Notes: a model not told the origin generated them from the sequence alone. DNA of 51,984 nt from Fimbriimonadales bacterium (GCA_051003155.1 JBPCLO010000017.1:1-51984), one strand, 5' to 3'; counted from the first letter of the stretch, positions 37,646 through 48,396 are shown. A program made the numbers and translations.

Positions 37646-39052
37646 TCAATTGGATTTTTCGAGGTGCCCGGCTAGTCCGTTTGCGAAAGCCGGATACGCA
37701 ATGACGAGCGCGCCCTGCGCCGCTTTCGCAACTCCTTCGCCGATTTTGACTCCTGTAAGTGGGTCAATCCAAGTGATTTTGTAGTCGCCTCCGCTTCTCA
37801 TGGCCAGCTTTGCCGTGCCCGCCAACGCTTCCGCATCGTTCGCCTCGACGTACACCGGACCTCCCCTAGAGTCGATAAGCGCCCATCCTTTGCAATCGGC
37901 CCCAGTTACCATCGGCTTCGATTCAAACGATCTCTTGAGTAAGTCGTAGCGTTCCGCGAATTCCGAGAATGGCCGAGCGCTCCCCCTTTCCGCAAATGAA
38001 CGCGTCACGAGGACTGGAGAAATGGCGCCTGCCGCGCCCTGAACCAAAGCCCGATAAAGGCCACGTACTTCGCTCGCGATCGTAAGAAGTGGCAATTTAT
38101 ACGTCACGCTATTTCCCGAAGGCAGGGAGAGTGTATTAACTTTTGCACTAGCCTGAAAAGGGCCTTCAATGGGGGAAATAATCGGAATACTATAAGGATG
38201 GAGAGCATAGACCTCGTCGGCCATTTCCTCCAGCCAGTAATTCGGCGCACTCTTGTCACGCCACAAACGCACCCCTCCCATCGACGAATGCGCGTTGGTT
38301 CTCGCCAATAAATAACGCAGCCACTTCTTGAAATAAACCCTGGCTTGGAGATTTGTCCAGAAATCCTCAGGAGTCTCGCATGGCCCACCGTTGGCCTTGT
38401 TGTAAGGGTTTTCTTTCCAACCTTCGCCCGCTAGGTCCCTGCCGGCGCCGAGGCATAAAAGAGTGTAGGTCCTTTCTTCCTTTGCGGACGCCAAGTTTTT
38501 CTCGATGCCGTCGAATTGTTCGAGTCGATAATTACCCATAGGACCCTCCGTCGGGTAAGAGCCACCGAGTTGAAATAACAAAGCATTCCCCCGGTCCGGC
38601 AAGGTGCCTTCGCGGGCGACGACAAATAACCCCTTTCCGCCTGCAGACAAATACTTCTTGTTCTTCTTTGTTTCAAGAAACCCCGCTGGCCATTTGGAAT
38701 TTTTCGGCAAAGGGGCGACCTTTATCTGAAATTTCTTGTAATCGAGTCGCGCGATTCGATCCGTGCAAGTGATCGAAACATAGAAATTGCCAGCGGTCCA
38801 CGGGGCGAAGGCTATTTTCCATCCCGGAGATGCGAAGAAACCTGGAACTTCGGCCACGGTCCCAGCGGGACCCTCGACAGTCGCCATAACGTCGATCTCC
38901 CGAGGGTCGAACGGGTTCTTGAAAGAACCGGCGAGGTCGAAAGAGATCTCGACGCGCTCCCATCGGATCGCAGCATCTGGCGACACTGCGAGATTTTTGA
39001 TCTCGAGCGCTGCCTGGGAGATCGAAACGACGGCGAGCACTGCCGCCAGCAT
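37646..39052 (-). CDS. Secreted DUF5060-domain / glycoside-hydrolase-like protein
   Basis: NPFDPREIDV...VPGF..WKIAFAP, WKENPYNKANGGP and WIDPLTG motifs. Confidence 0.72.
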   Translation of the reverse strand: MLAAVLAVVSISQAALEIKNLAVSPDAAIRWERVEISFDLAGSFKNPFDPREIDVMATVEGPAGTVAEVPGFFASPGWKIAFAPWTAGNFYVSITCTDRIARLDYKKFQIKVAPLPKNSKWPAGFLETKKNKKYLSAGGKGLFVVAREGTLPDRGNALLFQLGGSYPTEGPMGNYRLEQFDGIEKNLASAKEERTYTLLCLGAGRDLAGEGWKENPYNKANGGPCETPEDFWTNLQARVYFKKWLRYLLARTNAHSSMGGVRLWRDKSAPNYWLEEMADEVYALHPYSIPIISPIEGPFQASAKVNTLSLPSGNSVTYKLPLLTIASEVRGLYRALVQGAAGAISPVLVTRSFAERGSARPFSEFAERYDLLKRSFESKPMVTGADCKGWALIDSRGGPVYVEANDAEALAGTAKLAMRSGGDYKITWIDPLTGVKIGEGVAKAAQGALVIAYPAFANGLAGHLEKSN

Positions 39053-39816
39053 CAGGCAGGCTCTCCGAGATAGGCCTCGATAACCTTGGGATCACGGCGA
39101 ATCTCCTCCGGCGGGCCCTGTGCTATCTCTGCCCCGTGATCGAGTACAACAATGTTTTCACATATGCCCATTACGACCTTCATGTCGTGCTCGATGAGGA
39201 GGATCGTCTGCCCGAATTCGTCGCGGAGACGACGAATCAGCAGCATTAAGTCCTCCGACTCCTGCGGGTTCATCCCCGCCGCGGGTTCGTCGAGCAGCAA
39301 AAGCTTAGGCTGCGTCGCGAGCGCCCGTGCAATCTCAAGACGCCGCTGTGTGCCGTACGGAAGGTCGGAGCTGCGAGAGTTTGCAACGTCCGTGAGGCCA
39401 AACGTCTCGAGCAGCGTCATTACCTCGTCGACGAGTCGGCTCGTTTCCTTTGCCGCCCGTGGCAGCAGCGCGAGCGCCTCCGTCAGCGAGGACTTCTGGC
39501 GGAGCAGCGCACCAACGACTGTGTTTTCGAGCACCGTCAAAGAGGCAAATAGCCGGATGTTCTGAAAGGTTCGCGCGATGCCACGCGCACAGATTACCGA
39601 GGGTTTGCACCCCACGGTGGAACGCCCGTCGAAAACGATGCCGCCCGAAGTTGGTTTGTAGACACCGGTGATCAAATTAAAACAGGTGGTCTTTCCAGCG
39701 CCGTTTGGTCCGATCAGGCCAAAGAGGTCTCCATTTTCGATGTTGAAGGACACTTCGTTGACAGCGACGAGCCCGCCAAATCGAATTGTTGTATTTTCAA
39801 GTGCAAGCAAACTCAT
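39052..39816 (-). CDS. livG: Branched-chain amino acid ABC transporter ATP-binding protein
   Basis: RFGGLVAV, GPNGAGKTT, RTFQN, LDEPAAG and VIEAYLG motifs. Confidence 0.93.
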   Translation of the reverse strand: MSLLALENTTIRFGGLVAVNEVSFNIENGDLFGLIGPNGAGKTTCFNLITGVYKPTSGGIVFDGRSTVGCKPSVICARGIARTFQNIRLFASLTVLENTVVGALLRQKSSLTEALALLPRAAKETSRLVDEVMTLLETFGLTDVANSRSSDLPYGTQRRLEIARALATQPKLLLLDEPAAGMNPQESEDLMLLIRRLRDEFGQTILLIEHDMKVVMGICENIVVLDHGAEIAQGPPEEIRRDPKVIEAYLGEPA

Positions 39817-41258
39817 ACCGCGACCGCCTTATCTTTGTGCGGCAGGCCAAACAGAGCCTTGAAAAAATCCCAGCTGAATTCGTGATGCCCAAGAATGCCC
39901 TGCGGACGGACGAGCATTACGATGACCAAGGAGATCGCGAAAAATGCCCATCGCAGATCGCCGGGGGTGTAGTTTGTCGAGCCTAGCACCGACTGAACCG
40001 AACCAATTGCCCCAAGGCCCATGGCGATCGGCTTGCTAAGGAGAACGATGACCGCGAGCGTTAATGCAAGCCCGCCAAGTTTCGCCAAAGCTCGCGACCG
40101 TTCTGCAGGCACAAGGACACCGATCAGGCCCCCGGCGACAAGCAGTGTACCGGCGACCTTAAGCACAATCGAGAAATCGGATTTCCAGAGCAGCAGACCT
40201 AGATAGCAAACGCCTATGCAGCCCGCGATCCCGAAAATGTAGAGAAAACCAGCAGGCAGACCCTTGACGATGATTGGTCCCCTGGGTGCTACGAGCCGGC
40301 GGATGGTCAAAATCGAAATCAAAGCGATGATGAAGGCAATGAGGCTAAGCGCCGGCACGGGTTGGAGTTCGCGGAGCGCCTCCTCGAGGAGCTTGAGCAT
40401 GATCCCTGCAATCGCGGCCCCGGTAATGCTGCCGGTTCCTCCAATCACAACCATCGCCACGATAATAAAGCTCGTGTCCATACGAAAGTCATCAGGCGAG
40501 ACAGAGCCGTTGTAGTGTGCAAACAAAGCGCCGGCCATGCCGGCAAGAGCGGCGCCGATCACGAAAGCTGTGACCTTTACCAGCGTCGTATTAACGCCGG
40601 TAGCCTCTGCAGCGAGCTCGTCTTCGCGCACAGCCAGAAACTTGAGGCCATGCGAAGTCTTGAGAAGGTTTCGGCACACCGCGATCGTAAAGATCAGCAT
40701 GAGGGCGATGTATATGATCTGCGTGAGCTTCGGTACCGAGCCGAGGCCATACGCCCCTCCCAGATTGAGACCTCCTAAAGAAGTCTTAGGGTTGCCGTCT
40801 TGATTGATGACGAGCACGCGGATGATCTCACCAAATCCAAGCGTGACAATGGCAAGATAATCGCCTCGCAAGCGCAGGGAGGGTAGACCAACCAGCAGCC
40901 CAGCAATCCCCGCGGCCACCCCACCCGCCACGACCATAAGGCCCAACCACATGGAATCGAGCATCGGCTGGCCCTTGTAGAATTCGACCGAAAGCTTGGC
41001 CGTCACTATTGCTCCAATCAAATAGAAAGCCGCGTGCCCAATGGAAAACTGCCCCGTGATGCCGTTAATCAGGTTTAGCCCAACCGCCAGACTCGCAAAC
41101 AACATGCTCACCACGATCAAGCGAATATCGTAGATGCCAAGGTGCGGAACGGCTAGGAAATGGAAGGCAGCAAGAAGGCCGGCAACCGCTAGCAGGCTAG
41201 CGAATCGAGAAGACCAGAACCAGGTCGAGCTGAACTTGGACGTTTGTAGCAATGGCAT
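39813..41258 (-). CDS. livM: Branched-chain amino acid ABC transporter permease with internal TM expansion
   Basis: GQFSIGHAAF, LRLRGDYLAIVTLGFGEI, AVREDE and RPQGILG motifs. Confidence 0.9.
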   Translation of the reverse strand: MPLLQTSKFSSTWFWSSRFASLLAVAGLLAAFHFLAVPHLGIYDIRLIVVSMLFASLAVGLNLINGITGQFSIGHAAFYLIGAIVTAKLSVEFYKGQPMLDSMWLGLMVVAGGVAAGIAGLLVGLPSLRLRGDYLAIVTLGFGEIIRVLVINQDGNPKTSLGGLNLGGAYGLGSVPKLTQIIYIALMLIFTIAVCRNLLKTSHGLKFLAVREDELAAEATGVNTTLVKVTAFVIGAALAGMAGALFAHYNGSVSPDDFRMDTSFIIVAMVVIGGTGSITGAAIAGIMLKLLEEALRELQPVPALSLIAFIIALISILTIRRLVAPRGPIIVKGLPAGFLYIFGIAGCIGVCYLGLLLWKSDFSIVLKVAGTLLVAGGLIGVLVPAERSRALAKLGGLALTLAVIVLLSKPIAMGLGAIGSVQSVLGSTNYTPGDLRWAFFAISLVIVMLVRPQGILGHHEFSWDFFKALFGLPHKDKAVAV

Positions 41259-41261
41259 ACG

Positions 41262-42185
41262 CTAAACCTTGTCCGTGGGGCTGCCGAAAAGGCCGCTGGG
41301 GCGAAAGAGCAGGATGGCGATTAAAATGAGGAAAGCAACTGCATCCTTGTAACCGCCATAGCCGGTCCAAACAACGATGTTCTCCACGACTCCAATGATC
41401 AAGCCACCCACCACGGCGCCGGGAATATTGCCTATTCCGCCAAGAACAGCGGCGACAAAAGCCTTTACGCCTGGCAACAAACCATAGAAAGTATCTATCG
41501 TGGGAGCAACAAACGTGGCATTCATCATGCCTCCAGCGCCCGCCAATGCAGAGCCGATAATAAACGTCATCGTTACGATCGCATTGACGTTGATTCCCAT
41601 CAGCGCAGCCGTATTGAAGTCATGAGAAACGGCGCGCATCGCTCGCCCGGTTTGAGTCCGAGCAATGAACTGCCAGAGCAGAACCATGAGCACCAGGGTG
41701 ACGCCAAGGATTGCTAATCGGCTCACTTGAACAGATATTCCGAATAAGCTGACAGTCCGGGTGAGCACGTTGATGCTCTCGTCGATCGCGGGCTTGGGCG
41801 ATGTCTGAAAGACAAATCGACCTGTGTATTGAATAAAAAGGGAAACACCTATTGCGGTGATTAGAACTGAGATGCGAGGCGCGTTCCTTAGGGGACGGTA
41901 TGCGAGTCTTTCAATGGTCACGCCTAAAACGGCACAGCCGACCATCGAAATGAGGAGCATCGACAGGAGGAGCGCATACGGGTTCATCGCCGTGTGGCTG
42001 AACCACACCATCGACGAATAATATGCGAGGTACGCGCCCACCATGTAAACCTCGCCATGTGCGAAGTTGATCAAGCGCAGAATTCCGTATACCATTGTAT
42101 AGCCGAGGGCGATCAAGGCATAGACCGCCCCCAGCTGGATCCCGTATACGAGTTGCTGCGGAAGTGTCCCCCAGTTGACTTCCAT
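41262..42185 (-). CDS. livH: Branched-chain amino acid ABC transporter permease
   Basis: YALIALGYTMVYG, INFAHGE and KAFVAAVLGGIG motifs. Confidence 0.93.
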   Translation of the reverse strand: MEVNWGTLPQQLVYGIQLGAVYALIALGYTMVYGILRLINFAHGEVYMVGAYLAYYSSMVWFSHTAMNPYALLLSMLLISMVGCAVLGVTIERLAYRPLRNAPRISVLITAIGVSLFIQYTGRFVFQTSPKPAIDESINVLTRTVSLFGISVQVSRLAILGVTLVLMVLLWQFIARTQTGRAMRAVSHDFNTAALMGINVNAIVTMTFIIGSALAGAGGMMNATFVAPTIDTFYGLLPGVKAFVAAVLGGIGNIPGAVVGGLIIGVVENIVVWTGYGGYKDAVAFLILIAILLFRPSGLFGSPTDKV

Positions 42186-43405
42186 CAGCCCTCGAATCGG
42201 AAGAACGGGATCTGCTTATGGGCAACAAAGCCCGTCTTTTCGATTCTGAGGACCAGCGCGGGCTTTTCGGCATTCCCATCGGCGCCTATGGTGATATTGC
42301 CTGATACACCCTTGAAATCTTTGGTTTCGGATATGGTAGTGATCAGAGCCTTGCTGTCTAGAGAACTCGCGCGCTTTAGGGCGTCGAGAACGACGCCGGT
42401 CGCATCGTAGGCCAAAGCGCCCATAGCGGTGGCAGGTTCGGCGCCGTACTTCGCCTTGAAGTTCGTCACGAAATCTTGCACCTCGGCGCGCTTCTCGGAG
42501 TTGTGGTAGTGGTTTAAGAAGTAGCTGCCAATCACTCCTGCGCCCCCGGCTTCTATAAGGGTCGTGCTGTCCCAGCCATCGCCCCCGAACATCGGAATGT
42601 CACCGAGGCCGACAGTCTGTCTCTGGCGGGCAATTGGCCCGATCTCCGTGAAGTAGCCGGAGCAGAAAAGCCCGTCAGGCTTCTTTGCCTTTATGTTCGT
42701 GAGTTGGGCAGTAAAGTCCACAGTTCCCGACTCGTATTGCTCTTCCGTGGCAACCTGTCCTCCAAAACTCTTGAAAGCCTTGATGAACACTTCGGAAAGA
42801 CCGGTCGAATAGGGGAGCTTGCGATCCGTCAAAATAGCGACATTGCGGAGTTTGAGGTCTTCGTAGGCGAATTTCGCCATGGCGGCGCCCTGAAAGTTGT
42901 CCGTGAAGCAGGCGCGGAAGATGGCGCCTCCCTTCTCGGTGAGATCGACGCGCGTGGCGCCAACTGCTACGAGCGGGACGCCGTTCTCTTGGCATACATC
43001 GGCGGCAGGCAGGGTAATTCCGCTTGCGACCTCGCCAACAACGGCGAGCACATGATCCTTGCCAACCAGCTTCTCGGTGGCCGACTTGCCACCCTCGGGT
43101 TTGCTGCCCGTGTCTTCTATGATGAGCTGAACCTTTTTGCCGTCGATGCCGCCGGCTTCATTGAACTGATCTACGGCGAGTTGAGAGCCGCGCTGAGAGT
43201 CGATGCCCCAAGGCTGTTGTTCGCCATTCAAGCTCGCTATCACGCCGATCTTGATCGTATCTCCCTCTTGCTTGTTGCCTTGGGCGGTTGGAAGTTCACG
43301 CTCGGCCAGGGTTGGTGGCTTTTCGCCACTTTCCGTCTTGCACCCTGAGATAGCTGTCGCGGCGATAAGCGCCGCGAACGATAGCAGAAGCAGTCGCTGA
43401 TTCAT
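42185..43405 (-). CDS. Branched-chain amino acid ABC transporter substrate-binding lipoprotein (LivJ/LivK type)
   Basis: Lipobox ISGC; GGIDGKK, FRACFTDNFQG, GGDGWDS and ALAYDA motifs. Confidence 0.92.
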   Translation of the reverse strand: MNQRLLLLSFAALIAATAISGCKTESGEKPPTLAERELPTAQGNKQEGDTIKIGVIASLNGEQQPWGIDSQRGSQLAVDQFNEAGGIDGKKVQLIIEDTGSKPEGGKSATEKLVGKDHVLAVVGEVASGITLPAADVCQENGVPLVAVGATRVDLTEKGGAIFRACFTDNFQGAAMAKFAYEDLKLRNVAILTDRKLPYSTGLSEVFIKAFKSFGGQVATEEQYESGTVDFTAQLTNIKAKKPDGLFCSGYFTEIGPIARQRQTVGLGDIPMFGGDGWDSTTLIEAGGAGVIGSYFLNHYHNSEKRAEVQDFVTNFKAKYGAEPATAMGALAYDATGVVLDALKRASSLDSKALITTISETKDFKGVSGNITIGADGNAEKPALVLRIEKTGFVAHKQIPFFRFEG

Positions 43406-43532
43406 TGTTTCCTCCTGACAAAAATCGGTCTGATGCACAGCCCGTTAAGACTATCTTAATTCTGAACCGAGATTCGGTTTAGTATAGCGAAATTCCTGCG
43501 CGGCAACGCACCCTGGTAAACTGGGAGAACCA

Positions 43533-43994
43533 ATGTCAACCGACCAAGTGAAACAACTCATCACCGAGGCGTCCAACCACGTGCGGGAGCAGAATTTCGA
43601 GAAAGCCGTCGAGATCGCTCGCCAAGCGCTCGAAGTCGATAGCCGCAACTACGACGCTTACGGTGTTCTCGGCGTAGCGTTCGCCCGATTAGGCCGAATC
43701 GAAGAGGCCACCGACGCCTTTCAACGCGCCGTCCAGACGGCGCCGTATAGCGCACGCAGCTACTACAACCTGGGCATGCACTATTACGGCATGGGTGAAA
43801 AGGCCGACGCGATCTCGATGTGCCAGGAAGCCATTCGCTGCGACGGTAAGCATAGAGGAGCGCTCGAACTGCTAAAGAAGCTCGAATCGGAAACGCACGT
43901 CCAGGTCGCCCCCTACCAAACCTCGCTCGGAGACGCGCGCGGTTCGGCTTACCAGTACAAGAAGGGTGAACTCGACGAGCCACCGCCCTTCTAA
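43533..43994 (+). CDS. TPR protein
   Basis: Three to four TPR units (AYGVLGVA, SYYNLG). Confidence 0.85.
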   Translation: MSTDQVKQLITEASNHVREQNFEKAVEIARQALEVDSRNYDAYGVLGVAFARLGRIEEATDAFQRAVQTAPYSARSYYNLGMHYYGMGEKADAISMCQEAIRCDGKHRGALELLKKLESETHVQVAPYQTSLGDARGSAYQYKKGELDEPPPF

Positions 43995-43997
43995 GAA

Positions 43998-44804
43998 ATG
44001 CCGCCAGTTCCCGAGCTTCTCGAACGCGCCCGCGGATTAATCCAGCAGGGCAAATACGACGCGGCTGCAGACATGGCTCGCGAGTTGATCGGCGAACATG
44101 GCGACGACCCGGAGGCATTCAACCTGCTCGGAATCGCGCTGTCCAGATCGAACCGGCCGACGGAGGCGACGGACGCGTTCGCAACCGCGGCGAGGTTAGA
44201 CCCCGCGAGCCCGAAAGCCCACTATAATCTCGCAGCTCATTACTACTCGGTCGGCAATAAGGACAAGGCTGCTACGGCGGCACAAGACGCACTAGGCCGA
44301 GATCCGGGCCACCAGGCGGCACAGGCTCTCCTCGCGCGTATTCGCGGCGAGGCGGCACAACCCGCTCCACCTCCAACCCCGTCCGAGCCTGGCTACTGGC
44401 AGGATCCTGAACGGCCCACTCACTCCATCGGCTTTGTGAAAGGTTTGGGCTGCGGCTGGGAAGTCTTGGGCTGGTTCTTCTTCGCGGCCCTTATGGCCAC
44501 GCGGTTCGTCCTCGATTCGAAAACGAATCAATACTTGAGCGGCAGCATTACCTATGAGACGATGTCGCGAGCGGGTCAGTTGATTCTCGAAAACCACATG
44601 CAACTCGTCGTTGGATCGATCGTGTGGTTCGGTTTGCTATGCGCTTGGTGGGCCGTCGACATAGCCGATCGGCGGCCGGCGGGTGGGCTGGTGACGACAA
44701 GCGTGTTCGGGATGCTGGGCGTCTGCTTTTGCATCTACTTCACTCTGTTCGTTTTTCCCCTCTACGTCTTTGCTCGCAAGCGCCCGTGGGGTAGGCGGCC
44801 GTAG
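43998..44804 (+). CDS. TPR protein with C-terminal TM helices
   Basis: TPRs paralogous to the previous gene (EATDAF, HYNLA.HYY), a Pro-rich linker and about 3 TM helices. Confidence 0.8.
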   Translation: MPPVPELLERARGLIQQGKYDAAADMARELIGEHGDDPEAFNLLGIALSRSNRPTEATDAFATAARLDPASPKAHYNLAAHYYSVGNKDKAATAAQDALGRDPGHQAAQALLARIRGEAAQPAPPPTPSEPGYWQDPERPTHSIGFVKGLGCGWEVLGWFFFAALMATRFVLDSKTNQYLSGSITYETMSRAGQLILENHMQLVVGSIVWFGLLCAWWAVDIADRRPAGGLVTTSVFGMLGVCFCIYFTLFVFPLYVFARKRPWGRRP

Positions 44805-44861
44805 CGAAGCGAATTGCGACACGTAATAACTTGTAGTAAACTTTAAGGACCAGGTGCCATC

Positions 44862-46046
44862 GTGCTCTCAACCCTACTCTTAGCTTCGGCATTGCTTCAA
44901 ACTCCCTCGCAAATCGCGACGCCGCTCGAAGCCCCGTTCAGAGCGACCGAAGATGCGATTATCGTTAACGCCATCATCAACGGCAAAACGATCTCCTTCA
45001 TGTTCGACACAGGATTCGGCGGCCACTTCGTGATCAACGACCAGATCAACATCGGCCCCTACACAGGCACGATGAACCTCCAAGACTTCGTCGGCGTGTT
45101 CCAGGCTCACACCGTCGCAGTAAAGGGATTCCAGATCGGCCAATTGAAACAGCCGAACGTGAAGGCCGAAGCGGTTATGCAGCCCATCTCTCATATGACG
45201 GCGAGCTACGGAACCCACACCGACGGCATCATGGGCCTGGAAGCCGTGATGGACTACGTGACCGAGATCAACTTCGAAAGGCAAAAGTTCATCTTCCATC
45301 CGAAATCGACGGATATCACTAAGCGCAAGCCCGACAACAAGCGCACCTTCCTTGCGAAGATGGAGCCACGCGGTATGAACTCGATCGAGCTCGTGACCAA
45401 AATCAACGGCAAGCCGGTCCACCTTGCCCTCGATACGGGCAATGCCTTCTATGCGACCACGCATAAGGAAGTCCTCGAAAGGGTCGGCGTATGGGATCCT
45501 AATAAGAAGCCGCAATTCTTGAAACAGTCTTGGGTCGCGTCTGGGCCGGTCGACAGCTTCGCGATACTGATTCCGGAATCGACGATTTTTGGGGTGCCCG
45601 TTAAGGATTCGGTCTGGGACATCATCGACCTGCCCGCAGCTTCGGCCCAGGGAGACGGCACAGTTGGCTACGGCTTCCTAAAGAACTTCAACATCATCAT
45701 CGACTACGAACGCCGCCACGTTTGGCTCGAGAACTTCACCGGAAAGGTGAAGGACGAAGTCCAAGGCGAGCCCGGCATTCGGGTGGCGCAGCGCGAAGGC
45801 GGTGGGCATGTGGTTTTCACCGTCTACAAGGGTAGCCCCGCCGAAGAGAAGGGCGTCAAGGCCGGCGACAGCCTCCTCGCGATAGACGGAAAGAACCTCA
45901 GCACTGTCCTTCCTCAAAAGATCAAGTCCCTCCTCGAAGGCGCCGTCGATACCACCTGCAAATTGGTCATTAGCCGAGGAGGCATCATCCAGCACCTGGA
46001 GGTTCCTCGCAAGCTGATGGTGAACCGCACAACAAGCGCCGGCTAG
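44862..46046 (+). CDS. Two-domain aspartyl protease with C-terminal PDZ
   Basis: FMFDTG...DGIMG and LALDTG...DGTVG motifs, followed by PDZ SPAEEKGVKAGD. Confidence 0.88.
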   Translation: MLSTLLLASALLQTPSQIATPLEAPFRATEDAIIVNAIINGKTISFMFDTGFGGHFVINDQINIGPYTGTMNLQDFVGVFQAHTVAVKGFQIGQLKQPNVKAEAVMQPISHMTASYGTHTDGIMGLEAVMDYVTEINFERQKFIFHPKSTDITKRKPDNKRTFLAKMEPRGMNSIELVTKINGKPVHLALDTGNAFYATTHKEVLERVGVWDPNKKPQFLKQSWVASGPVDSFAILIPESTIFGVPVKDSVWDIIDLPAASAQGDGTVGYGFLKNFNIIIDYERRHVWLENFTGKVKDEVQGEPGIRVAQREGGGHVVFTVYKGSPAEEKGVKAGDSLLAIDGKNLSTVLPQKIKSLLEGAVDTTCKLVISRGGIIQHLEVPRKLMVNRTTSAG

Positions 46047-46217
46047 ATCACACTATCGGTAAGAAACAAATCCAAGACTTCTTCTACCTATCCGGCGTAA
46101 CATTTACCCCCAACTATGCACGGGCGCGCTGGCCAAAAGAGCGATGCAGGCGAAGGCCCAGGCTGGCATTTACCCACGGCGATTGCCAAGCGGCCACGTG
46201 CGAGTCGTTGATGTCTC

Positions 46218-47642
46218 TTAACCGGGGAAAGCCCACCACGCCCGGTCGATGCGGCCAAGCCACGGGTAAACGAACGTCGATCCGAGGGCGCGGTAGCTGA
46301 CCCGGGCCTTGATGGCTCTGGTAAGAGGCTGTATGAAGCGCGCCGTATCGCTTGTGACATTCACAGTGACGGTGCCATCTGAGGTTGTCGCCAAGCGCGT
46401 GTTTAGAACCTCATACAAGCCGGTTACATAGTTGTAGAGTGAGATCTTCTGCTCGGCGTTGACGATGCTCGCGTTCGACTCCAGCGAGAAGCTGAACCAG
46501 CTCGGTGAGGAAGTCGGCGCTGTCGCGTTGAGGATGATCTGGATCGGGGGCTCGGCATTGGTAAAAACCGCCCCCGGCCTCATCACGAGCCTATTGTCGT
46601 CACTATTCTGCAGCGAGCCCAGATTGCCCGAGATGACCGAGCCGCGAAACATGCTGTAGGAAGTTGGCACAACCGCTCTGGAAAGCGGTATCGGAGTCCA
46701 GACGAATGGCTCCGGTTGGAAGCCTGGGCGCTTCGCCCATCCAGCGATCGTTCCGTTTTCGTCGATTCCTCGGGCCTGGGACTCTTCATATTCCGGCGGT
46801 AAGAACTGGTGGAGGTCCAGCAGACTTTCTTCAGAACCGGCCCAAACGAATGCATGGGCACGTTCGGCTCCGGGCGGTCCACCGAGCCCGACTTGATTGA
46901 TGCCGTTCGTGTCCAACGCGACCGCCCCCCATCCCTTCGGCGTTAAATCGACAATCTCGAGCGTGTCCGCGTCCCATAGAATAGCTCCGCCGGATGAGCC
47001 GACGATCTGATCGCTGTGAATAGCGTTCGCTGAGCCCGTTTGCTGGCCCTTTGGCAGGGGCAGCAAGACCATGCTCTCTCTAGAACCATGCCACATTGCA
47101 GGCTGGCTATTCACGTCAGAATCGTATACATTGCCAATCGCCCCATACTCCAAAGGCATGCGAGCTATAGTATCCCGAGGGGTGCAGGCTGACTACGGAC
47201 TCTGCGGTCCCCGCCCAAAGCAGAGCGCGCCCCATGTTCTGACCTCCGCCACCGACCCCAACTTGGTGCTTGCCGTCGGTCGCCCAGGCAGAAGTGCCCA
47301 ATGGGAACTGGCCCTTGGGGTGCAAGTCAACGTATTGCTCTGCGGAGCCGACCACACGAGCGCATGATCAATGCCACCATCGACGCGCGCATAGCCAACC
47401 TGGTTCCCGCCGCCGACTCCGAGTACGCCGAACGTGTCAAACCCCGGCGGGCGCAGGTCGATCAATTTGTCATACCCTAGGCCCTGCCAATAGCCAGAGC
47501 CTCCGATAACCTGGCCGCCGCCTGCGCCGAGCGCCTGACCGAAACCAGTTTGTGTGGGAAGCTCCTGAGCAACGTATTGGGCGGCAACGGGCGCGGTGCA
47601 AACTGCAAACGCGAATATGATTAAAGGCGTCGAATTCTTCAT
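46218..47642 (-). pseudogene. Secreted repeat protein with ~150-aa C-terminal domain, two frameshifts
   Basis: ORFs 47193-47642, 47116-47355 and 46218-47159 carry the same repeat (QVG...ALxW.G.AES..DLHP). Frames join near 47351 and about 47131. Confidence 0.8.
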
Positions 47643-47671
47643 CTAGTAAACCTCTTTAACTGAAGGATCGA

Positions 47672-47701
47672 CGAGGCCGCCTGTCGTTCTAGGCGGCCTC
47701 G
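47672..47701. terminator. 11-bp hairpin (terminator-like)
   Basis: CGAGGCCGCCT / AGGCGGCCTCG, downstream (minus strand) of the orphan tail at 47725. Confidence 0.6.
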
Positions 47702-47724
47702 AACGGGTTTCTTTAAAGCCCAGC

Positions 47725-47772
47725 CTACCCGGTGATGCGAGCGATCCACGGGTACACGAATGTCGCGCCGAG
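47725..47772 (-). pseudogene. Orphan degenerate C-terminal tail LGATFVYPWIARITG*
   Basis: Matches LGSTFVYPWLGRI..PG* of the 46218 gene, with an internal deletion. Confidence 0.7.
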
Positions 47773-47869
47773 GCAGGGAGCTAGTTTCACGCACATCGAA
47801 ATACGTGCGTCAGCCGGCGCCAGGGATAATGGTTCATCAAGGGCGACGCGCGTTGCTCAAGGGTGTTGC

Positions 47870-48396
47870 ATGATGGCGGATTGGAAGGATCGATTTCACA
47901 AGCACAGCCCGGAGATACTTAGAGCCTCCGGCGGCGACCCGGCAGCGCTCTCCGCATACAATTTGAAGCTTCTGGGTTTGGTAATGCTTCTGTTCGGCGG
48001 CTTGCTCGCGTACGGGTTGGTAGCAAAGTGGGTTGCCTACATCGCTTTGGTTGTGGCGCTAGCGATACTCGTGGGTCTCGCCCGATCTACGGTTTACCGA
48101 AGCCTTTCGAACGCGAGGGACCAGCTGACCAGGGACGCACACCCGGTGTCGCCTCGAATTCTCCAGGGCTTTCTTGTTGGGTGGTTTTCTTTCTAATCAT
48201 CGGAGTCGCCATTATCGCCGCTACGCACTTGCTGAAGGTCGAAGGGATCACAAACTATCTGCTCGAGCGCGACCAAAGTGTCAGAATCGGCCGTCTACAT
48301 CGCCCGAACGGCGAAAAGTTTGCTTGGACAGCATTCACGGCATCAGGATCATGCTTCTTGGGCTGGTTGCACTTTAGGCGGTACGGCCGGGCATAA
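47870..48396 (+). pseudogene. Hypothetical membrane protein, frameshifted at T-run 48185-48188
   Basis: Adding one T joins ...GFLVGWF to FFLIIGVAII...RRYGRA*. Confidence 0.65.
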
